Positions 5,457-12,241 of a stretch of DNA of 12,241 nucleotides are shown in pieces. Made by a program: the position numbers and the translations under genes. Origin of the DNA: Candidatus Thorarchaeota archaeon (GTDB taxonomy: Archaea; Asgardarchaeota; Thorarchaeia; Thorarchaeales; Thorarchaeaceae); NCBI GenBank assembly GCA_016840855.1, contig JAEORO010000063.1:1-12241 (forward strand), in the 5' to 3' direction. The notes under the pieces were generated by a model. That model had not been told where the DNA came from. It did no database searches and was given only the letters and a program-made list of their open reading frames with translations. How positions within the stretch are numbered: the stretch's first letter is position 1; every line of letters begins with the position of its first letter.

Positions 5457-6563
5457 TTGAGTGGTGACGCACATCTTCGGCTTGGGCTCATCGGGATTGG
5501 TAAAACTGGACGCACTTATCTTACTGCTTTGAAGTCTCTGAAAGATGCAGGTCTTCTAAATATCGAGATTAATGCAGTCAGTGATGTTAATGAAAGTAAC
5601 TTGACGAAGACCGCAAGGGAGTTTGATGTCCCACTAGTCTATGATGATTATATGGATTTGATAAATGACTCCAACATTGATGTTGTCTACATTTGTACCC
5701 CGATTAGTAAACACGCAGATATGGTAAAACAAGCAGCCAAGGCAAACAAGGCTATTCATTGCGAAAAGCCAATTGCACACAGTTGCCCGCAAGTTCGAGA
5801 ACTAAATGCTGTAGCTAAAGCTTCGTCAGTTCCTACGAGTGCTGGCTTGATGCTGAGATATGATCCTTTTCTTTTGTATGCAAAGCATTTGGTTAAGAAT
5901 AATGATTTCGGAAAGCCAATACTTGCTCACGTTCGTGATGACCAACAATTCCCGTTGGACCGAGAGGAGTATGCACAATGGCGAAGTGACAGTTCTGTGC
6001 CTGGAGGCGGGATTCTGTTACATCAGAGCATTCAAGACATCGACGTACTTGACTGGTTCTTTGGTGAGATTGTAAACGTATATGCCAAAGTTGGATTCTA
6101 TAGCGATTTGGGAGTTGAAGATCAAGCCTCTCTAATTATGAAACACAAGGATGGAACAACTAGCACACTTGATTCAATTTGGCATAATCTAGAACGGTCA
6201 AATGAACGGAAAATTGAATTCTTCTTCGAAAAAGGGTTCATTGAAATAACACTAGAATCAGGTAGTACGCATCTCGATTATCATCTTCAAGGAGAAGGAC
6301 CGATTCGTGTCCATCCTGAAAATACAGAGCAGGTTCTTCTGGAACATCTTCATCTTAATTCAAACAATCTTGCACTGAATATCCACGAGCCTTTATCTGA
6401 CGCCGGGATGAACAAGCATTTGGCACTCAGCTATTCATTTCTTAAAGCCATTCAATCCGGAGAAACACCCTCTCCCAACTTCCAAGAGGCTGTTTTACCA
6501 CATAGAATCGTTGATGCTGCATATGAATCAGCAAACATGAATGCCCCACTTGACATACTCTAG
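5457..6563 (+). CDS. Gfo/Idh/MocA family oxidoreductase-like protein
   Basis: Rossmann motif GLIGIGKTG, IDVVYICTP, CEKP motif, GGGILL...DID segment and C-terminal PSPNFQEA...IVDAAYES; TTG start. Confidence 0.92.
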   Translation: MSGDAHLRLGLIGIGKTGRTYLTALKSLKDAGLLNIEINAVSDVNESNLTKTAREFDVPLVYDDYMDLINDSNIDVVYICTPISKHADMVKQAAKANKAIHCEKPIAHSCPQVRELNAVAKASSVPTSAGLMLRYDPFLLYAKHLVKNNDFGKPILAHVRDDQQFPLDREEYAQWRSDSSVPGGGILLHQSIQDIDVLDWFFGEIVNVYAKVGFYSDLGVEDQASLIMKHKDGTTSTLDSIWHNLERSNERKIEFFFEKGFIEITLESGSTHLDYHLQGEGPIRVHPENTEQVLLEHLHLNSNNLALNIHEPLSDAGMNKHLALSYSFLKAIQSGETPSPNFQEAVLPHRIVDAAYESANMNAPLDIL

Positions 6564-6619
6564 CAATCTATTGGACATGCTTAAGTAGTTCCAGACAACC
6601 AACATAAACGAGCTCAGCG

Positions 6620-7987
6620 ATGCAAGAAATTAACCTGGATCAGGTAGAACCTTCCAACTATGATGTCATTATAGCGGGAGCGGGTGCCGGCGGACTTCTG
6701 ACAGCGTTAGCACTTACTGCTGAGGGCAAGCGTGCTTTAATACTTGAGAAAGCTGAACGATTAGGTGGTGTCTGGCACAGCTATTGGGTAAACGGGTACC
6801 GTGTAGACCAAGGATTACATGTGATTACTAGGGTGACGCGTGGAGCTTTTGTGAGGTTTCTTAAGACGTATCTGTCACCACCGCCTAAGTTTGTGTTACA
6901 TGATGGATGGCAGTTCCGTGTATATGACAAAGTTGGTACAATTCCTTCTAGTATTGGAGAAACCCTTCGCTGGCCATTGACTGGTATGAAAGGCCGTTTG
7001 GGACTGGCTCGAATTGGGGCGAAAATCAAAACCATGAACCTTGAAGAGATGAAGAGATACAAGGACATATCGTTTCTTGAGTTCATGCAATCAAACAATG
7101 CTACAAATCAAGTCATGCTGGATGTGATGCAGAGTGCAATTTACATGGCAGCTGGCGTCCCTATCTCTGAGGCATCCGCTTACGAATCTCTTAGAACACT
7201 CAAAGACACAGATAGAGAATCATCAAAGATTAACTCTCTTAAAAGACTGTTTTTCGGTTCGGGAGAATATGATGAAGGCTATGTGATTGGCGGTATGGAG
7301 GGTTTAATCAAACGAGTGATTTCAACCATCAATGGTGATTATGTACTAAATGCACCTGTGGATCAAATACATGAACAAGAAGGTCATGTGACAGGATGTT
7401 CCGTCGCAGGAAAGATGTTGGCACATAATCGAGTCGTAAGCAACATCCCTCTCTCCTTTATGCCAGATATAATCACATCAAAAAATGATACCGTTGTAGA
7501 TTTTTTCAAGCGATGGAGCAATATGAAACCTACTCATGGTATAACACTCTGGCTTGGTCTTCGTAAGATTGTAATTGGTGATAGGAAAAACCGAGTGCTC
7601 GTCCATCCTAATCCAAATAGATGGATTGTATCAATTTCGAGCTTTGATCCAAGCTGCGCTCCTGAAGGCAAAGAGCTCGTTGGCATCGCAATGATGACGA
7701 TCCCAGGAAAAACCAAGGATGAAATGATTGAGATTATGAAAGGCAACGGGTTGGAGGAGTACTATCCTGGGCTCCTAGAGCATGCTGAAATGGAACATGT
7801 TCAGATGTCCTATGCAACTCGTGCTGCACTTATCCCGGGTCAAACAGATCTTGACCGGCCTGGTCCGCGAACCCCTATTATGGGTCTATATATTGTAGGA
7901 ACAGATACCGCTGGTTCAGGAGTTGGCCTACAACAAGCTGCTCAATCAGCTGATGGGGTGATTCGAGCTCTTCGAGTAGACCACTAG
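6620..7987 (+). CDS. FAD-dependent oxidoreductase, phytoene desaturase/amine oxidase-like superfamily
   Basis: DVIIAGAGAGGL dinucleotide-binding motif, LILEKAERLGG, GYRVDQGLH, DPSCAPEGK and C-terminal TPIMGLYIVGTDT...GVGLQQAAQS. Substrate unknown. Confidence 0.88.
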   Translation: MQEINLDQVEPSNYDVIIAGAGAGGLLTALALTAEGKRALILEKAERLGGVWHSYWVNGYRVDQGLHVITRVTRGAFVRFLKTYLSPPPKFVLHDGWQFRVYDKVGTIPSSIGETLRWPLTGMKGRLGLARIGAKIKTMNLEEMKRYKDISFLEFMQSNNATNQVMLDVMQSAIYMAAGVPISEASAYESLRTLKDTDRESSKINSLKRLFFGSGEYDEGYVIGGMEGLIKRVISTINGDYVLNAPVDQIHEQEGHVTGCSVAGKMLAHNRVVSNIPLSFMPDIITSKNDTVVDFFKRWSNMKPTHGITLWLGLRKIVIGDRKNRVLVHPNPNRWIVSISSFDPSCAPEGKELVGIAMMTIPGKTKDEMIEIMKGNGLEEYYPGLLEHAEMEHVQMSYATRAALIPGQTDLDRPGPRTPIMGLYIVGTDTAGSGVGLQQAAQSADGVIRALRVDH

Positions 7988-7988
7988 T

Positions 7989-8801
7989 CTAGCCATGTTT
8001 TGTAGCTTTCAAAGAGAACATGAGTGGTATCAAGTCTTTATTTTCAGGCAGAACCCAACTTCCAAGTCCTTTTTCAACCATGAAAGGAAAAGCCTTGAAA
8101 CGTGTTATTGGAAACTCGTGGAAGAATTCAATTGTCAGTCCAGCGTCAATTAGAACATTAAATATCTCCGAAATTGGATGGTTCCACTCGTAAGATGGAT
8201 TTATTCCGATTGATGGATCACCAGAAGCATAGGACCCCTCAAACTCAAATTTCAAAGGTTCTCGGTCTTGAAAGTATGGATATTTGACTTGAAGGTCTGT
8301 TGCACTATCTTCATCATCAAAAATCGAGGCAAAAGGGTGGAAATCACGGATATAGAAGATGCCTTCAGGTTTGAGGAAATCAGAGATGATTCTAGCCCAT
8401 TTCTCAAGGTCTGGAAGCCAAACAAGTACTCCTCCTGATGTGAATACAATGTCAAAGGGTCCATCCAATTTCTCTGGAAGTTCGTAGATATTCGAGCATA
8501 CAAATGTTGCATCTATCTTCGCAATCTCACTCAATTCTCTTGCCAACTCTATAGCCTGTGATGAAAAATCTACTCCGGTTGCATTAGCACCCAAACGAGC
8601 TAGTGACAGTGTGTCAAGTCCAAAGTGACACATTAGATGTAAGACTTTTTTTCGGGTCAGGTTTGGGAGTTCCTCTATCTCAATGGGATCCAATGTCTGA
8701 TTTCCTTTGAGAAACCCCTCAACATCATAGAACTCTGATTTATAATGAGCTTTTGCCAATTTATCCCAAAGTTCTCTGTTTGACATCATGTACTCATCCA
8801 T
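7989..8801 (-). CDS. Class I SAM-dependent methyltransferase
   Basis: KVLHLMCHFGLDTLSLARLGANATGVDFS (motif I region), FDIVFTSGGVLVWLPDL and LKPEGIFYIRDFHP. Start set at ATG 8801 (MDEYM); the longer track ORF to 9020 overlaps the divergent gamma-subunit gene. Confidence 0.9.
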   Translation of the reverse strand: MDEYMMSNRELWDKLAKAHYKSEFYDVEGFLKGNQTLDPIEIEELPNLTRKKVLHLMCHFGLDTLSLARLGANATGVDFSSQAIELARELSEIAKIDATFVCSNIYELPEKLDGPFDIVFTSGGVLVWLPDLEKWARIISDFLKPEGIFYIRDFHPFASIFDDEDSATDLQVKYPYFQDREPLKFEFEGSYASGDPSIGINPSYEWNHPISEIFNVLIDAGLTIEFFHEFPITRFKAFPFMVEKGLGSWVLPENKDLIPLMFSLKATKHG

Positions 8802-8902
8802 TTTATCCACACGTTTTTGACATGTGGTGAGAACGTAAAGGTTATGTTGAGCCAATGCCGCGCAGGGTTTGGCAATAGGGTCAGTTCCTAGGAGTCTTTC
8901 CG

Positions 8903-9460
8903 ATGAAGATGATTGAAATTCGTTGGCATGGTCGAGGTGGACAGGGAGGTGTGACTTCCGCTGAACTGCTAGCAAAAGCTGCTTACATTGATGGGTACAA
9001 AGGTGTACAAGCATTCCCATATTTTGGTGCGGAACGTCGAGGTGCTCCAGTCAAAGCTTTTACCAGGATTGCGGATGAGGAAATAAATGTGAGAAGTCAG
9101 GTCTACACACCTGATGTTGTAGCTGTCCTTGATTCCTCAATTATTGACCTGATTGATGTTACAGAAGGTTTGGTTGAAGATGGGAAAGTCATAATCAACA
9201 CTTCCAAAACACCAAATGAGATTCAATTACCAAAAGGGCATATCTATACATATGACGGGACTGGTATTGCTTTGAAAAACGGATTGTTAGTGGGCGGGCT
9301 TCCTGTCATTAATACTACAATGCTTGGTGCTTTTGCAAAAGCTACAGGCTTGGTTAAACTAGAAACTGTACAGAAAGTCATCTGTGAGAAGTGGTCTGGA
9401 AAGGTAGGAGAGCGTAACGCACAAGGTGCGAAGGAAGCCTATGATACTTGCACAGATTAA
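8903..9460 (+). CDS. porG: Pyruvate/2-oxoacid:ferredoxin oxidoreductase gamma subunit
   Basis: EIRWHGRGGQGGVT, QAFPYFGAERRGAPVKAFTRI, PDVVAVLD and INTTMLGAFAKATG; AGGAG SD at 8890-8894. Confidence 0.93.
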   Translation: MKMIEIRWHGRGGQGGVTSAELLAKAAYIDGYKGVQAFPYFGAERRGAPVKAFTRIADEEINVRSQVYTPDVVAVLDSSIIDLIDVTEGLVEDGKVIINTSKTPNEIQLPKGHIYTYDGTGIALKNGLLVGGLPVINTTMLGAFAKATGLVKLETVQKVICEKWSGKVGERNAQGAKEAYDTCTD

Positions 9461-9463
9461 ACG

Positions 9464-10243
9464 TTATGCATACATTCTTTCATAACCCGGTCTACCAGCG
9501 CTCGGTTGTTGTCTACGTAAGCCATCAACCTGCTGTGCCATTTCTTCCATTTTCTTGCGTATCTCAGCTGCGCTATCTTTTAAGTCTTCAACATCAACTC
9601 CAACTTTGTACAGTCTATTGAGTGCCTCAAGAAGCTGAACTGCTCCTGCTGGGTCTGGAACCATTGCAATGGCTGGTGTGAGTAGTGCAAAACCAACCAT
9701 GTCCCTGCATAATGTTTCAGAAAGGATTGAACCAGCTATTCCAGTGATGATTCCCTTAGTGAGAATCTCCATGGTTTCATCATCCTCAAGCTCAGCAATC
9801 TTCTCTTCTTCTGCAGCAAAAAGCACCTTTCGATCTGAAGGCAGACCTTGTACAGGGATACCATCAAGGATAACCGTTTCTTTAACACCAACTGATGCTC
9901 CCCAATCTAATAGAGCAGAGCTAACTGCATATAGTCCATCCTCTGCAACTGGTAGTTCCGCAGTGACGACAAGAAGGTTCTTTTCTTTATGCCCATAGAT
10001 TCTGAATGGATGTCGTAGTCGTCCATCTAAGAAGACAGCAGCTGAAGGCATGTATCGCGATCTGACATGCGCAACTTCTTCCATCTCAAATTTCTCAATC
10101 ATTGTGTTTGCCGCTATTGTCCCCACAACACCAGCTGAAGGGAAACAGCAAACAAGCAAAGGTTGTTCCATCTCGATTTCCTTCGTCTGGACAACCTGCG
10201 CCTCAGGAGCTCCGAGTATTTTTACCGCACAATCGTTCTGCAT
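9464..10243 (-). CDS. PAC2-family proteasome assembly chaperone (PbaA/PbaB-like) with C-terminal HbYX motif
   Basis: FPSAGVVGTIAA, HPFRIY, GIITGIAGSIL and PDPAGA motifs; ends in MYA. ATG 10243 is preferred because GAGGTG lies 8 nt upstream; 10267 and 10270 are alternatives. Confidence 0.9.
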   Translation of the reverse strand: MQNDCAVKILGAPEAQVVQTKEIEMEQPLLVCCFPSAGVVGTIAANTMIEKFEMEEVAHVRSRYMPSAAVFLDGRLRHPFRIYGHKEKNLLVVTAELPVAEDGLYAVSSALLDWGASVGVKETVILDGIPVQGLPSDRKVLFAAEEEKIAELEDDETMEILTKGIITGIAGSILSETLCRDMVGFALLTPAIAMVPDPAGAVQLLEALNRLYKVGVDVEDLKDSAAEIRKKMEEMAQQVDGLRRQQPSAGRPGYERMYA

Positions 10244-10294
10244 CTTTCCAGCACCTCTACTTTCCATCAATAGTATCTAGATATTAAGGTTGGG

Positions 10295-11698
10295 TCAGAC
10301 TGGATCGAAGTGCACATAAACTGTTTTAACAATCTGAAGAGTTTCAATGATTTTCTTTTCTATAGATTCAGCAATATCGTGACTCTCTGTTAATGTGATT
10401 TCTCCAGGTATCGTGCAATCCAGCAAGACTGTGACACCTGAATTCTCTCTCTTGATTGTTGAATTTCGATACTGAATCGGCGGTGAATATTCAGAAACGA
10501 TATGTTTTACAGATTCTACAATTTCAGATGACTTGGATGTAATATCAGCACTCTCGTCTTTTGTAAGAGCTGTTTCTAGATGAAGAGTTACGGAATTAAC
10601 ATTCTTCACAAGTGTTCTAAGTCCTTCTTCAAATTGCTCTGAAACATCATGAGCTCTCTCCAGAGTCAGGTCAGAGGACATCTCTAGGTCAGCTGCTATA
10701 TCGAGGCTATCAGATATTTCAAACACTCGTATATTATGGACACTTAATACCTCTGGCAACGTCCTAGCTATGTGCTGCATCTGATCATAAATATTCAAAC
10801 CAGAGTATTGTTCTATGGTTCCTTCAGCAGGCTCAATATGGACAATAACATCTATTCTGTGTGCCAAAGGTTTAAGCTCTTTTTCAATCGCTTCAGCAAT
10901 ACTGTGCGCTTCTGCTGTGGCAACTCCTTCGTCTACTTTCTCCACAATATCTGCAAATAATTCGGGACCAGAGTGACGTACACGAACACGTGTACAATCA
11001 ATTACTCCACTAACTTGAGATACTCTACGAACTATCTCCTCTTGCATCCCTTCGGGTGCCTTATCTGTTAAAGAATCGAACGTTCGTCTTCCGAGCCTAT
11101 ATGAAACTATGAAAATAATGAACGCAACTCCAATTGCCGCAATTGGATCTGCGATTGGAATATTAATCTGGACAAATCCTAATCCCAGCAATACTACAGC
11201 AGAACTTATCATGTCAGTTCTAAAATGAAGTGCGTCAGCTTCCAAAGCTTGACTTCCATGTTTATTTGCTGCATTGTATAATACCCTACTTTGGAAGAAT
11301 GTCACGATAACTCCAATCGACATGACCAGAATTCCCCATTCCGATGCTTCTGGCCATTCCTGCAATTCTATTCTTCTTAATGCCTCATATATTATCCAAA
11401 CTGAAGTTACCCAAAGAATGATGGTTTCAGCTAGAGCAGCGAAATTCTCAATCTTTCCGTGACCATATTGATGTTCAGAGTCTGCTACCTTTGAAGCTCT
11501 TCTGACAGCAATCAGTGTAATCCCCGCAGCTAAAAGGTCCAATCCACTATGTAGTGCTTCAGAGATTACTCCTAAAGAATTAGTCAGTATCCCTGTAATC
11601 AGTTTAATCAGTGTGAGGAAAGTTGCAGATAATACCGACCACATTGCAGCTCGTTGTACTTCTTTTCTACCTGATGTGATTGGATCCATACTAGTCAT
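10295..11698 (-). CDS. Cation diffusion facilitator (FieF/YiiP-like) with three C-terminal domains
   Basis: TM domain with SEALHSGLD, HQYGHGKIE and ADALHFRTD, followed by three ZT_dimer-like repeats ending in HIEP, HLET and HFDP. Confidence 0.95.
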   Translation of the reverse strand: MTSMDPITSGRKEVQRAAMWSVLSATFLTLIKLITGILTNSLGVISEALHSGLDLLAAGITLIAVRRASKVADSEHQYGHGKIENFAALAETIILWVTSVWIIYEALRRIELQEWPEASEWGILVMSIGVIVTFFQSRVLYNAANKHGSQALEADALHFRTDMISSAVVLLGLGFVQINIPIADPIAAIGVAFIIFIVSYRLGRRTFDSLTDKAPEGMQEEIVRRVSQVSGVIDCTRVRVRHSGPELFADIVEKVDEGVATAEAHSIAEAIEKELKPLAHRIDVIVHIEPAEGTIEQYSGLNIYDQMQHIARTLPEVLSVHNIRVFEISDSLDIAADLEMSSDLTLERAHDVSEQFEEGLRTLVKNVNSVTLHLETALTKDESADITSKSSEIVESVKHIVSEYSPPIQYRNSTIKRENSGVTVLLDCTIPGEITLTESHDIAESIEKKIIETLQIVKTVYVHFDPV

Positions 11699-11866
11699 AC
11701 CGCAGCGCTAACAAACCCGGATATAATGCTTGTCAAATATGTACAATATTGGGATATGGTTATAACTCACAATCTTGCTTTTGATAATAGAATTGGCTTC
11801 AGGCTGTGCATGTTAAAGTTTAGGTTTTTGACAGACACTTGCCAGTAGTTACAAAAGGTGCAATCG

Positions 11867-12241
11867 ATGAAGTATCGCACTGATGGTATTATTCCCCCCC
11901 CAATTGTAAAGCTTACAGAGGCCGCAAAACGGTATAGTTCATCTCCTGGTTTTTTAAATTTAGGCCAAGGATTGCCTGGTCACATACCCCCTGATAGTGC
12001 TCTCAGCTCATTAAAGGAAAGAATCTCCCACCCCACAACCCATGTCTATACTCCTGATGAAGGACTCCTCGAGCTGCGCGAGGAATTAGCGCTCTACATT
12101 CGTCAGAAATTTGATATCGATGCCAATCCACAGGACGAGATTGTAATCGCGGCTGGTGCGAACAATGCATTTGCAGGAACCATTTTGACTCTTATTGAAC
12201 CTAACCAGAATGTCATCATGCCATCACCATACTACTTCAAC
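11867..12241 (+). CDS. PLP-dependent aminotransferase class I/II, partial (runs off the window end)
   Basis: Not in the ORF track. Hand translation: MKYRTDGIIPPPIVKL...FLNLGQGLPG...HVYTPDEGLLELREELA...EIVIAAGANNAF...PSPYYFN. AGGTG SD at 11856-11860. Confidence 0.92.
   Translation, partial: MKYRTDGIIPPPIVKLTEAAKRYSSSPGFLNLGQGLPGHIPPDSALSSLKERISHPTTHVYTPDEGLLELREELALYIRQKFDIDANPQDEIVIAAGANNAFAGTILTLIEPNQNVIMPSPYYFN

Noticed and set aside
6620-7987. Rab-GDI/REP-like identity for the FAD protein near the SNAP-like gene
   Set aside because: The intact GxGxxG and the desaturase-type C-terminal motif fit an ordinary flavoenzyme.
725-7991. Amber (pyrrolysine) recoding suggested by many TAG stops
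   Set aside because: The TAGs fall at natural C-termini of conserved proteins, and no pyl genes are in the window.
8802-9020. 73-aa N-terminal extension of the methyltransferase in the ORF track
   Set aside because: Overlaps the divergent porG gene and its promoter; family-like sequence begins at MDEYM.
10940-10942. Glu at a normally hydrophobic strand position in CDF domain 1 (ADIVEKVD)
   Set aside because: A single-base difference from Val (GAG versus GTG); cannot be judged without reads or orthologs.
861-11462. Remaining short ORFs in the track (e.g. 861-1079, 1176-1361, 1431-1709, 3276-3604, 3731-4813, 5192-5446, 5860-6075, 6781-7746, 8252-8512, 9669-10287, 10772-11462)
   Set aside because: Antisense or alternate-frame shadows of well-supported genes, with no recognisable motifs.

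Overview
Archaeal chromosomal DNA, about 41% GC by eye, gene-dense and mostly housekeeping. The archaeal assignment rests on aIF5A, Nob1, a PAC2 chaperone, an archaeal-type tRNA-Leu and GGTGA/GAGG Shine-Dalgarno sites; an Asgard (Thorarchaeia-like) origin is an unverified inference. Gene order: tRNA-Leu(CAG) (+); Lrp/AsnC regulator and aIF5A (-); NAD kinase and Nob1 (+); an 89-aa unknown ORF (+); YjbQ and a 601-aa helical-repeat protein resembling alpha-SNAP (-); Gfo/Idh/MocA and FAD-dependent oxidoreductases (+); SAM methyltransferase (-); a lone 2-oxoacid:ferredoxin oxidoreductase gamma subunit (+); PAC2/PbaB-like chaperone and a CDF metal transporter (-); and the 5' part of a class I/II aminotransferase (+). 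I see no mobile element or CRISPR array. The best leads are the SNAP-like protein, its leader (which reads both as a box C/D RNA motif set and as an in-frame 17-codon ORF), a hairpin that exactly spans the aIF5A stop to Lrp start, a Gfo/Idh/MocA protein lacking its usual catalytic Asp/His, and a CDF with three C-terminal domains. All family calls come from motif recognition by eye; no searches were run.
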